Source: Candidatus Flemingiibacterium merdigallinarum
GTDB lineage: Bacteria; Bacillota; Clostridia; Oscillospirales; CAG-272
Direction of reading: 5' to 3'
DNA: 64,000 nucleotides
Assembly (NCBI GenBank): GCA_904386005.1
Contig: CAJFKR010000001.1
Span: 37,130 to 101,129, forward strand
A program made the position numbers and the translations under genes. Below are positions 55,362-64,000 of the stretch, in pieces (position 1 is the first letter of the stretch; every line of letters starts with the position of its first letter). The notes under the pieces are model-generated. The model was given only the letters and a program-made list of their open reading frames with translations. It was not told the origin of the DNA and searched no databases.

Positions 55362-56801
55362 ATGCACAAACCAATCAGCATAATTTCACTGTCGTTAATC
55401 GCGGCGCTGATTTGTTGCGGATGCGCTGGACAGGACGAAACTCCAGTGCTTGCCGTTACAAACGATACCACCGCGGAGGAGACGGTAGCGAAGCCCGAGC
55501 TCGAGGTCAAGGACTTCGGCGGCTATGGCTTCAACATCCTTGTACATACGCAGGGAACGCCCGGCTCGTGGCATCAGCACCTCGATTTCGGCTGGTCGGA
55601 GGAGGCGGCGGGCGACCTAATCAACGACGCGGTATATACGCGCAATCTGATCATTGAGGAGCGCTACAATGTTACAATAAACAGCATCGAGGCCGACGAC
55701 CCGTACAATATGGGCAAGAACGCGATACTCGCCGGAACGAATGAATACGATGTGATAATGCCGTATATCGACCAGTCGTTCACACTCGCCGAGGAGGGGC
55801 TGCTCGTCGACTTCAACGAGCTCGACGGGCTCGATATTACGAATTCGTGGTGGGATCAGGCGATCAAGCGCGACCTCTCGCTGCGCGGTCGGATGTATGT
55901 GCTGACTGGAGATATCAGCATGGCGGACGAGGAGCTGAACTACGGCGTCTATTTCAACAAAGGACTGATCGACGAATACAGCCTCGACGACCCGTATCAG
56001 CTCGTGCGCGACAACAAATGGACTATAGACCAGCTGCACTCGATGGCAAAGTCGGTGACGCACGACCTGAACGGTGACAGCATTGTCGACGAAAACGATA
56101 TGTACGGAGTCCTCACCGACTACGCAGTCGCTCCGGTGTGGTTCTTCGCGCTCGGCGGGCAGATGGCGGGGCTTAAAGCCGACGGAACGCCCGAAATCCT
56201 GCTCGGCAGCGAGCGGGCGAGCGACATCATGGACAAGCTCTCGGGATTCTTCAACGACGCCGAGGCGGTGCTGAACGAGAGCAAGACCAAGGGCTCGTGG
56301 ACCGGATTTGACCAGATGCTGATCACCAACCGTGCGCTCTTCCGCGCCGGCAGTATCTACGATATGCCGTTCTACCGCGATATGGAGAACGACTTCGGCG
56401 TACTCCCGTACCCGAAGCTGAAAAGCGAGCAGGACGATTACTACCACATCATCGCGACACAGGTCTGCGCGGGTATCTGCGTGCCGGTCGGCGGCGAGGA
56501 TCTCGCGCGTACCGGACTTTTGCTCGAAGCGCTCGCGAGCGAGTCGCGCGATACCGTGACCAAGGCTTACTACGACATCAACCTCTACAAGAAATTGACC
56601 CGTGACAGCGAGAGCGGCGAGATGCTCGACATCATCTTCGCGACCAAGCGCTATGACCTCGCCAAGACCTTCGCGTGGGGCGGGCTTGAGGATGTGATTC
56701 GCAACGGCGTCAAGTCGGGACAGAACTTCGTGTCGCTCCTCGCCGCGGCCGAATCCAAGGCGAACGCCGAGATGATGCAGTCATACGAACTGTTTGAATA
56801 G
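55362..56801 (+). CDS. Extracellular solute-binding lipoprotein, LplA-type (paralog 5)
   Basis: The start at the ATG 55362 (MHKPISIISLSLIAALICCGC lipobox) follows GAAGGAGA. The paralog motifs are NSWWDQ, DLNGDSIVDENDMYG and DFGVLPYPKLKSE. A promoter TTGACA-N17-TATAAT lies at 55271-55299. Confidence 0.85.
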   Translation: MHKPISIISLSLIAALICCGCAGQDETPVLAVTNDTTAEETVAKPELEVKDFGGYGFNILVHTQGTPGSWHQHLDFGWSEEAAGDLINDAVYTRNLIIEERYNVTINSIEADDPYNMGKNAILAGTNEYDVIMPYIDQSFTLAEEGLLVDFNELDGLDITNSWWDQAIKRDLSLRGRMYVLTGDISMADEELNYGVYFNKGLIDEYSLDDPYQLVRDNKWTIDQLHSMAKSVTHDLNGDSIVDENDMYGVLTDYAVAPVWFFALGGQMAGLKADGTPEILLGSERASDIMDKLSGFFNDAEAVLNESKTKGSWTGFDQMLITNRALFRAGSIYDMPFYRDMENDFGVLPYPKLKSEQDDYYHIIATQVCAGICVPVGGEDLARTGLLLEALASESRDTVTKAYYDINLYKKLTRDSESGEMLDIIFATKRYDLAKTFAWGGLEDVIRNGVKSGQNFVSLLAAAESKANAEMMQSYELFE

Positions 56802-56912
56802 CATTCTATGTTTTTGAAACGACTTATAAGCGATCCGTTGGCGGCATATTGCCGCCAACGGTCAGTCCGCGTAGATGGCGTAAAAATATTTTTATATTTT
56901 TTCAAAAACCTA

Positions 56913-56941
56913 TTGACAAAACGATTCATCTATGGTATAAT
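56913..56941 (+). promoter_or_regulatory. Consensus sigma-A promoter of tRNA-Gln
   Basis: TTGACA (56913-56918)-N17-TATAAT (56936-56941), 20 nt upstream of the tRNA 5' end. Confidence 0.6.
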
Positions 56942-56961
56942 ACTATTTGTTAAGCAACCAA

Positions 56962-57035
56962 TGGGGATTTGTGTAATGGCAGCACAGCAGACTCTGACTC
57001 TGTATGTGGGAGTTCGAATCTCTCATCCCCAGCCA
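56962..57035 (+). tRNA. tRNA-Gln (anticodon CTG), CCA-encoded
   Basis: 74 nt. The acceptor stem is TGGGGAT/ATCCCCA (U1-A72, as in bacterial tRNA-Gln). It has a 3-bp D stem GTG/CAC, anticodon stem GCAGA/TCTGT with loop CTCTGAC, T arm GGGAG-TTCGAAT-CTCTC, discriminator G and CCA. Confidence 0.9.
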
Positions 57036-57042
57036 ATATTTG

Positions 57043-57074
57043 CGCCGGAAAGCGATCGCTTTCCGGCGTTTTTT
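57043..57074 (+). terminator. Rho-independent terminator of tRNA-Gln
   Basis: CGCCGGAAAGCG-AT-CGCTTTCCGGCG is followed by TTTTTT. Confidence 0.7.
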
Positions 57075-57183
57075 CACATTTTGAGAAATAGTCGCGAATC
57101 TACAGACCGCGACTAAATAGCGCGGTCGCCGCTCCGTTAAGTAAATAATGATCAATTATAATTGTAAATAATAACCGGGAGGG

Positions 57184-57212
57184 ATTGAAAAGCACATCAG
57201 CTTATAGTATAA
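57184..57212 (+). promoter_or_regulatory. Sigma-A-type promoter of the 1519-aa gene
   Basis: TTGAAA (57184-57189)-N17-TATAAT (57207-57212). The RBS AAGGAGA lies 8 nt before the ATG at 57259. Confidence 0.5.
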
Positions 57213-57258
57213 TATAAAATAATCACATCCGAACTGCTGTATATAAGGAGACACAGAT

Positions 57259-60200
57259 ATGACTTTGCTCGAAAAATGCCAGAACTGGAACGGCGACCGC
57301 GAGTATCAGAAGATAATCGACGCTATCGAGGCTCTGCCGGAGGACGAACGCACGCCCGAGCTCGACAGCGAGCTTGCCCGCGCGTACAATAACCGCGCCG
57401 AAGCCGGCGACCGCGAGCTGTTTAAAAAGGCGATAGAACTGCTCGAGCCGCACGCCGAGTACTTCTCCGGCGACCACTGCTGGAACTACCGCATGGCCTA
57501 CGCGTATTATTACCTTGACCGCGAGGACCTCGCGCTCGAATACTTCGAAGCCGCGCTGAAAGCCCGCCCGGGAGATGAGGATACACAGGAATTCATCGAG
57601 CAGTGCCGAAGCGCGCTCGCGCTGCCGCTTTTTCCGAAAAACTTCCGTGAGCGCACAGCCGAGGCGTGGCAGACCTTCGCGTCGCGTGAAGCCGAGCTGA
57701 GAGGACTGCTCTGCGGCGGCGATAAATCCGGAATCAGCCCCGAGGACAGCGAGAAGCTGCTGCGCGAATGCGGGGATATACTTGAGCTTGTATTCACCGA
57801 CCCTACGTTCGGGCTGGGCGTCGGAACAAAGTGCGAATTGACATTGTCAGCCGACGGCGACCGCGCGAAGCTCTATGAGCTGCAATATTTCAAGGAGCAC
57901 GCGCCCGACGAGGTTTTGCGTCACTGGGACATAATCGTCGCAAGACCGCGCAATTCCGACTTTGAGCTGCGAGTTGACGACTTGTGGATCGGCGGCGATG
58001 ATGTTTGGGTACTCGCAGAGCCAAACGGAGAAAACTCGCCAAACGGAGAAAACTCGCCAAACGGCGAAAATTCGCCAAGCGGCGATAATTCAGTGAAGCT
58101 GACTATGTACTGCGAGAAGCTGCTCCCGCTGCTTGCCGAAAACGATGACCGCGTCTGGTGGACGCTCGGTTCGCTCTGCGACTTCGCAATCGGCGAGGTC
58201 AACTCGATAGCGATTGTCGACGGGCTTGAAATCTCCGACAAGCCGCTCGACGGCGCGGTGTCATTGTCCGCGTTGCCGGAGAAGCTGAAGGAGCTCGGAA
58301 TCAAGCTGTATTCGGACGCGGGTGAATATCTCGAGAACAGCTATCTCAGCTATCAGCTCGAGCCGAACCCCGACCGCGACGCCGACTGGCGAATGGATAC
58401 TGTCGCCGGCACGACCCGACTGCCCGCGCTGATAAACGACTATCTGCACGAAGACAGCACGACCTTCAACAGCTTTTTCGCCGACCATATCGCCGCCGGA
58501 TTTATCATCTTCCCGCTCGACGGCTTTAACGATAACGAGGACTCCGAGCGCGGCGCCGAGACGCGCAGTGCGCAGATCTACGCTTTCCGCGACCGGCTCG
58601 AGTCAGCTCTGGTCGAGAAATGCGGCGACGCGATTACGATAATCGGTGACGCGACCGGACTTTACTGCGGCTATGTTGACTTCATCGCGTGGGATCTGCG
58701 GGCGGTGTTAGTCGCGGCGAGCGAATTCTTTGACGACAGCGATATAGCGTGGGCGTCGTTCCACTCGTTCAACCGCGACACGAACACGATCGCGCTGAAA
58801 ACCGACGACGAGCCGCCCGAGATACACGAAGACACCGGCTCTATTCTGTCGTCAGACGACATTGCCGAGCTTGAGGATATGACCGACAACCGCAGCGGCT
58901 ACTATTACCGCATGGTTAACTACATAGACGAATTTGTCGCGAAGGGCGTCGAGGAAAAACGCTTTACGCAGCGTCAGGCTCGCCGCGACTTGCAGGTCGC
59001 GCTCTGGTACGCGTACGGCTGCCTGAACTGCGACAAATACGAATACTACTACCGCGCCGCGCAGTGGATGCCGGCCTCCGAGTCGAACGCCAAGGGCTGC
59101 GGCACGTGGTACTACCGCTATTCCTGCGCGCTCACCTACTGCGGCAGACTCGAAGAAGCATTGCGCTACGCCGAACAAGGCGCGCTCGAGGAACCCGACT
59201 ATCCGTGGATATACCTCCAGCTCGGCAAGCTGCGCGCTTATTTCGGCGACAAGGCGGGCGCGCTCAAAGCGGTTGATACCGGACTCAAACTTGTGCCGCG
59301 CGACCATGAGTTCACGACGCTGAAAGCCGAAATCGACGCCGGAGCGACGCTCGAGCAGATGGAATACCACTGGATCAACGCCGACGACGACCAAGATCTG
59401 CAAAACGGTCTGTCTGAGGACGGAGACGCGAAGCTGCGGACTATCAGCTGCATTGTCACAAATCCCGACGGACTCGAATATTTCCACAGTCTGTTCGGCG
59501 ACAACCTATCCGAATACTTAAAGGATTCGCCCTATTGCAGCTTCCGCTATCCGGTCGGCGATTACAATATTACCGTGCTGTTCAGCATGAACGAAGCGGC
59601 ACTGTCGAAGCTGCCGCGCGAGTGGATGTCGGCGCGCAAGGCACAGCTCGACGACTGCTCGCTGCTCGAATACACGGCGAGCGACGGAAATGTCGGTCGG
59701 CTTGATATGGTCATATTCGGTCTTGACCTGAAGACCGAGCTGCGCTACAAGACGCTCGGCAACGCGCCGCGCGAATTCCGGCTGTTCCTTGACAGGGACG
59801 GAAACCGGCTCGGCGACGAGGAGTACCGCGAAGAGGACGGGGGCGGCGAGACTGAATCGGCTGACGTCACCTACTACACCGAGGACGAGATGAAGGCCGT
59901 CGAGGAGCACATCGAACGCTGCTTCGGCAAATTCGGCAACGTCTGGCACGAGATCAAGTCGCAGGACATACACGTCGACATCTGCGTGATTCCGCCGGAC
60001 GACGGGCGCGATTACTGCACGCTTGTGACAATGGGCATGGGCGCGCGCCGCATGAACGTACCCGAGAATCTCGCCGAGCACAATCTCGACCGCGCCGAGC
60101 TGGCTATAGCCCTGCCGAGCGACTGGAAGCTCGATCAGGATTCGATTAAGGACGAGAACTGGTACTGGCCAATCCGGCTGTTAAAGACGCTCGCGCATCT

Positions 60201-61818
60201 GCCGATAGACTGCGACACCTGGCTCGGCTGGGGACACACTGTAGACAATCAGGAGCCGTTCGCCGAGACGACGAAGCTGTCGGCGGTGCTGCTCGTATCC
60301 GCGCAGTCGAAGTGTGAGGACGCCGGCGTCTGCACGCTTCCGGACGGCAGCGAAGTCAATTTCTACAGTCTGATACCGATATATCCCGACGAGATGGAAT
60401 ACAAGAAGTCGCACAACGCCGACAAGCTGCTCGAGCGCATGGAAAATGTAAGCTTTATAGTCGACCCCGGACGCGCCGACGCGATGGACGGTTATGATCC
60501 CGACAATGATGAGGACGACGAGGACGACACGTTTGATACAGATGTAAACAGCGATTCTGACAGCGACTACATCATGGACATGGGTGAGTGGCACCTCGAA
60601 GTGCTGCACGAGAAGGAGCTGCCGGTCGACGACATCACGGTATACAATCACATGGCGATCTACCTGCGCTGGGCTATCGAGAACCACCTGATGAGCCACG
60701 AGTTCCTGCAGGAGCATATGGACATCGCGAACAAAGTGCTGTATGACCCGTCGAGTATCGACCTTCGCGAATTTATACGCGACGGGCTGGGCGGAATGCT
60801 GACTACCGCGCTGTTCGACGACGAGGGCGACGCGCTCGCGCGCTACTACTACGGCGACAACGCCTACCCGCACTACCCGTCGGACATAGACGACTACGCG
60901 CTGAAATACTTCGGTCCGAAGCGCTATCACTCGCGCGAATTCAAGGACGAGGCGTATCTGTACATACCGTTTGACGAGGACTATTACCGCAACATGGCGT
61001 CGGTCATAGACCGTCGCCGCCGCAACTTCGAAAGCCAGAGCTACGCCGACGACTTGGAGCCGTCACAGCTTGCCAAAGACATTATGCGCTATCTCGGCTG
61101 CGAGTGCGAATACTTCCCGCCGATGGCGGACGACGACCCGATTTCGTCGGCATACAGCTACTCGCGCCGTCTGGGCGTGCGCGAGGGATACGTATCGGTT
61201 TTAATCGCGGTCGACGATACACTCCTCGAGTGCCTTGTTATGAACTCAGACCCCGACTGCGAGGACGATTATCGGAAGTCGGCGGTCGAGCGGTATCGTA
61301 AGGAACAGCTCGCGAATACAATAGGCGACGGTCGCGCGATACTCGCGAAGTATATTGACACGCGCCGCGAGGAAGCCGCGGACGACGACATGGACTGGGA
61401 TGAGCTTGTCGGCGAGGTCGCAGGCGGCGAAGCTGTCGACCGTATGGCGTCGTACTGGGACTACGAGACGGAAATGACGGTGCCGCTGATATTAGCGAAG
61501 ATTCCGGTGAAGAATCCCTGGGAGGTCTTCGCGTACCTACCGTTCGGAGGCTGGAACGAGTGTCCGGACACGCCCGAGCTGATGGCGGTCGCGAAGTACT
61601 GGTACGAGGAGTACGGCGCGGTTCCCGCCGCGCTGACGCACGATGTACTCGAGTTCATTCTCCCCGAGCCGGTCAAGTCTGACAAGTCGCTCCCGCTTGC
61701 CGTCGAGCAGTACGGATTTTGTCCGGACATAATAGACCAAGGCGACGAAGATATGACGATAGGCAAGCTCGCCGACATCTTGAGCAAATCGAGCGTCTGG
61801 TATTTTTGGTGGGACTGA
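57259..61818 (+). CDS. Giant cytoplasmic multi-domain protein (TPR-like + SUFU-like + DUF4253-like modules)
   Basis: It is an uninterrupted 1519-aa ORF with a good RBS, promoter and terminator. No signal peptide or TM helix. See findings for the domain reasoning. It contains the in-frame 18-bp repeat (PNGENS)x3 at about 58020-58080. Confidence 0.8.
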   Translation: MTLLEKCQNWNGDREYQKIIDAIEALPEDERTPELDSELARAYNNRAEAGDRELFKKAIELLEPHAEYFSGDHCWNYRMAYAYYYLDREDLALEYFEAALKARPGDEDTQEFIEQCRSALALPLFPKNFRERTAEAWQTFASREAELRGLLCGGDKSGISPEDSEKLLRECGDILELVFTDPTFGLGVGTKCELTLSADGDRAKLYELQYFKEHAPDEVLRHWDIIVARPRNSDFELRVDDLWIGGDDVWVLAEPNGENSPNGENSPNGENSPSGDNSVKLTMYCEKLLPLLAENDDRVWWTLGSLCDFAIGEVNSIAIVDGLEISDKPLDGAVSLSALPEKLKELGIKLYSDAGEYLENSYLSYQLEPNPDRDADWRMDTVAGTTRLPALINDYLHEDSTTFNSFFADHIAAGFIIFPLDGFNDNEDSERGAETRSAQIYAFRDRLESALVEKCGDAITIIGDATGLYCGYVDFIAWDLRAVLVAASEFFDDSDIAWASFHSFNRDTNTIALKTDDEPPEIHEDTGSILSSDDIAELEDMTDNRSGYYYRMVNYIDEFVAKGVEEKRFTQRQARRDLQVALWYAYGCLNCDKYEYYYRAAQWMPASESNAKGCGTWYYRYSCALTYCGRLEEALRYAEQGALEEPDYPWIYLQLGKLRAYFGDKAGALKAVDTGLKLVPRDHEFTTLKAEIDAGATLEQMEYHWINADDDQDLQNGLSEDGDAKLRTISCIVTNPDGLEYFHSLFGDNLSEYLKDSPYCSFRYPVGDYNITVLFSMNEAALSKLPREWMSARKAQLDDCSLLEYTASDGNVGRLDMVIFGLDLKTELRYKTLGNAPREFRLFLDRDGNRLGDEEYREEDGGGETESADVTYYTEDEMKAVEEHIERCFGKFGNVWHEIKSQDIHVDICVIPPDDGRDYCTLVTMGMGARRMNVPENLAEHNLDRAELAIALPSDWKLDQDSIKDENWYWPIRLLKTLAHLPIDCDTWLGWGHTVDNQEPFAETTKLSAVLLVSAQSKCEDAGVCTLPDGSEVNFYSLIPIYPDEMEYKKSHNADKLLERMENVSFIVDPGRADAMDGYDPDNDEDDEDDTFDTDVNSDSDSDYIMDMGEWHLEVLHEKELPVDDITVYNHMAIYLRWAIENHLMSHEFLQEHMDIANKVLYDPSSIDLREFIRDGLGGMLTTALFDDEGDALARYYYGDNAYPHYPSDIDDYALKYFGPKRYHSREFKDEAYLYIPFDEDYYRNMASVIDRRRRNFESQSYADDLEPSQLAKDIMRYLGCECEYFPPMADDDPISSAYSYSRRLGVREGYVSVLIAVDDTLLECLVMNSDPDCEDDYRKSAVERYRKEQLANTIGDGRAILAKYIDTRREEAADDDMDWDELVGEVAGGEAVDRMASYWDYETEMTVPLILAKIPVKNPWEVFAYLPFGGWNECPDTPELMAVAKYWYEEYGAVPAALTHDVLEFILPEPVKSDKSLPLAVEQYGFCPDIIDQGDEDMTIGKLADILSKSSVWYFWWD

Positions 61819-62027
61819 GCGGGTACGGCGGGTACGACCCGCGGCGAAAGTCAAGATGAAGATTGCGAAATATCGGAGGCAAGAGGAATCTTTACGGTCG
61901 AAAAAAGCCGCCAAAAGGCGGCTTTTTTCGAGACAGCGGCAGCGCAGGTACGGCGGGTGCGACCTGCGGCAAAAGTCAAGGTGAAGATTGCGAAATATCG
62001 GAGGCATGAGGAATCGATACGGTTATG
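61819..62027 (+). repeat. Tandem structured repeat (family G), two units
   Basis: The first unit reads GCGGGT-ACGGCGGGTACG-ACCCGC GGCGAAAGTCAAG ATGAAGATTGCGAAATATCGGAGGCAAGAGGAATCTTTACGG TCGAA-hairpin-TTCGAGA. The second unit has the stem GCAGGT/ACCTGC and lacks the last hairpin. Confidence 0.8.
61898..61931 (+). terminator. Terminator hairpin of the 1519-aa gene (part of repeat family G)
   Basis: TCGAAAAAAGCCGCC-AAAA-GGCGGCTTTTTTCGA, a GC stem flanked by an A-run and a T-run. Confidence 0.6.
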
Positions 62028-62176
62028 AAATAACATTATTATATTAACAAAGTTTTCAGTTTTTAAATATCCATTATTAATTTACCGCAAATTAACACTT
62101 AATCTTGCCGGATATGATATAATATATTATGTGAAAACCTTGCATTATAGTTCACAATAAAATATGAAAGGCTGTG

Positions 62177-63706
62177 ATGCCGTTGACGAGAGCACTTTTC
62201 TCAAAGCTCCGAGAAGCGTTGGTATCGGTTTTACCTGTGACGCTGATCGTCATTATCCTGTATTTCACCCCGCTGGTCTGGCTGACCTCGACCGAGCTTA
62301 TCGTTTTTATAATATCCTCGCTTGGTCTGATACTCGGAATTGCGTTATTCAATCTCGGCGCGGATATGGCGATGACGCCTATGGGCGAGCACACCGGCGC
62401 GGGACTGACCCGCTCGGGCAGTCTTGCGCTGCTGCTCGGGGTCTGCTTTTTGATGGGACTGTTCATCACCATCGCCGAGCCGGATCTGACCGTACTCGCG
62501 TCTCAGGTGAGCGGTCTTATCAGCGAGACGACGTTAGTCGTCACGGTCGGCGCCGGAGTCGGTATCTTTCTTGTCCTGTGCGTTTTGAAAATTGTATTTC
62601 AAAAGAGTCTCGCGTCGCTGCTCATGTATTTTTACATGATACTCTTCGCGCTCGCGTCGATGGTACTGGTAGTCGGCGGCGAGGGCTTTCTCGCTATCGC
62701 GTTCGACTCGGGCGGAGTCACGACCGGACCCATCACGGTCCCGTTCATAATGGCGCTCGGCGTCGGTATCGCCGCGACGATAGGCGGCAAGAACGCGAGT
62801 GAGAACAGCTTCGGGCTTATCGCGATGTGTTCGGTCGGACCGATACTCGCGGTGCTGCTGCTTGGCAGCGGCGCGCGCGGCGAGCTTAATTACAGCGTGC
62901 CCGACTATTCAGTCGAGACGCGGCTTGATGAGCTGCTCCCCAAAATCATCGCTATCGTAAAAGAGGTGGCGATCGCGCTCGGATTAATCGTGATATTTTT
63001 CATGATACTCCAGCTCGTATATTTGAAGCTTCCGAAGCGGCTGCTCGGTCGAATCGCGGTCGGAATCGGCTATACCTTTGTCGGACTGGTGATATTTTTG
63101 ACGGCTGTTACGGTCGGCTTTATGCCGGTCGGCTACCGTCTCGGCACAGAGCTGTCGGCGAACTCGCCGGCGGTACTGATAGGGTTCGGATTCATAATTG
63201 GCTTTGTTACGGTGCTTGCCGAGCCGGCGGTTCACGTTTTAAACAAGCAGGTCGAGGAGCTGACCGGCGGAACGGTCAGCCGGATGTCGATGCTCGCCGC
63301 GCTGTCGATCGGCGTGGGCATATCGATCGCGCTGTCGATGCTGCGGATAGTATTCGAATTCAACATACTCTACTACCTGATACCCGGCTACTTAATCTCG
63401 CTCGGACTTTCGTTCTTTGTACCCGGACTGTACACCGCGATCGCGTTCGATTCGGGCGGAGTCGCGAGCGGACCGCTGACGTCGAGCTTCATTCTGCCGC
63501 TCGCGGTCGGCGTATGTGTTTCGCTGCACGGCGAGGCGTCGGTTTTGACCGACGCGTTCGGAATCGTCGCGATGGTAGCGTTGACGCCGCTTATCACGAT
63601 ACAGCTGCTCGGTTTCCGCGCGGTTATGCGCCGCCGTATCAGCGAGCGTGTCGCGATGCGGCGTATGCTCGAGTCTGACGACGAGCAGATCATCGAATTC
63701 ATGTGA
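62177..63706 (+). CDS. DUF1538-family polytopic membrane protein (two tandem DUF1538 halves)
   Basis: About 509 aa with many TM helices. An internal duplication is visible: AFDSGGVTTGPITVPFIMALGVG in the first half and AFDSGGVASGPLTSSFILPLAVG in the second. It is followed by a P-II-like gene, as is usual for this family. Confidence 0.8.
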   Translation: MPLTRALFSKLREALVSVLPVTLIVIILYFTPLVWLTSTELIVFIISSLGLILGIALFNLGADMAMTPMGEHTGAGLTRSGSLALLLGVCFLMGLFITIAEPDLTVLASQVSGLISETTLVVTVGAGVGIFLVLCVLKIVFQKSLASLLMYFYMILFALASMVLVVGGEGFLAIAFDSGGVTTGPITVPFIMALGVGIAATIGGKNASENSFGLIAMCSVGPILAVLLLGSGARGELNYSVPDYSVETRLDELLPKIIAIVKEVAIALGLIVIFFMILQLVYLKLPKRLLGRIAVGIGYTFVGLVIFLTAVTVGFMPVGYRLGTELSANSPAVLIGFGFIIGFVTVLAEPAVHVLNKQVEELTGGTVSRMSMLAALSIGVGISIALSMLRIVFEFNILYYLIPGYLISLGLSFFVPGLYTAIAFDSGGVASGPLTSSFILPLAVGVCVSLHGEASVLTDAFGIVAMVALTPLITIQLLGFRAVMRRRISERVAMRRMLESDDEQIIEFM

Positions 63707-63724
63707 TTTAATGTGAGGTCGGCT

Positions 63725-64000
63725 ATGAACAAGGAAATATCGAAAATCAAGCTGGGCAATGAGACCTCGAGTGGTCGGCTGAAGCTGCTCTGCGTTATAG
63801 TCAATCGCGAAAAGGCGGAGTTTTACATCGATCTTGTATCCGGCTTTGAGGTGAATTTACAAGCGGCGATGCTGGCGCGAGGCACAGCCAACACCGAGAT
63901 GCTGAATCTGCTCGGTCTTGACGGCAATGAAAAGGCAGTGATACTCGGCGTTATACGCGAGGATCGGACCGAAGCCGCGCTCGACGCGCTGAAATCAAAG
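63725..64000 (+). CDS. P-II-like small regulatory protein, partial (runs off right edge)
   Basis: The ATG at 63725 follows GTGAGGT. It translates to MNKEISKIKLGNETSSGRLKLLCVIVNREKAEFYIDLVSGFEVNLQAAMLARGTANTEMLNLLGLDGNEKAVILGVIREDRTEAALDALKSK. The beta-alpha-beta pattern resembles the P-II-like proteins that accompany DUF1538 genes. Confidence 0.6.
   Translation, partial: MNKEISKIKLGNETSSGRLKLLCVIVNREKAEFYIDLVSGFEVNLQAAMLARGTANTEMLNLLGLDGNEKAVILGVIREDRTEAALDALKSK

Noticed and set aside
56802-57258. Integrated mobile element, prophage or integrase at tRNA-Gln
   Set aside because: There is no integrase, recombinase or phage-like ORF on either side. No direct repeat of the tRNA 3' end was noticed downstream. 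The tRNA has its own promoter and terminator.

Overview
This is a 64-kb chromosomal segment from a high-GC (about 60% by eye, not computed) Firmicutes/Clostridia-type genome. That placement is inferred from gene order (dprA-topA-trmFO, ffs-dnaX-ybaB-recR, yceD-rpmF, rpsF-ssb-rpsR), AGGAGG-type RBSs and lipobox lipoproteins. The first ~25 kb is mostly housekeeping on the minus strand: plsX fragment, trmFO, topA, dprA, rqcH, rpmF, yceD, recR, ybaB, dnaX, SRP RNA, yfhO, ogg. The rest is mainly carbohydrate-scavenging accessory genes. These include five paralogous ~480-500 aa LplA-type solute-binding lipoproteins with no permease or ATPase partner in the window (one frameshifted), GH43, GH29-like, GH31, a BNR/sialidase-like protein, a sugar-phosphate isomerase, an enolase-superfamily enzyme, an SGNH hydrolase and an APH-like kinase. 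Also present are an xpaC-telA-lemA membrane-stress cluster, rpsF-ssb-rpsR, tRNA-Gln and a DUF1538/P-II pair. Five things deserve a second look. (1) Three distinct families of structured intergenic repeats: a ~330-430 bp element in five same-strand copies with MITE-like ends and an ncRNA-like core, modular REP/BOX-like hairpin arrays at six loci, and a ~110-140 bp tandem repeat family at two loci. (2) A translationally coupled operon of a small membrane protein plus two complementary-degenerate MutS-domain-V ATPases that lack mismatch-binding and nuclease domains. (3) A 1519-aa cytoplasmic protein next to tRNA-Gln that looks like a concatenation of immunity-type domains. (4) A ~3-kb AT-rich island encoding sigma/anti-sigma, a small secreted protein and an M23 peptidase. 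(5) Several gene-model oddities: a non-ATG yfhO start, a frameshifted SBP, and in-frame repeat insertions in dprA and trmFO. No CRISPR array, rRNA, transposase, integrase or prophage genes were seen. All homology calls come from motif recognition by eye, not database searches.
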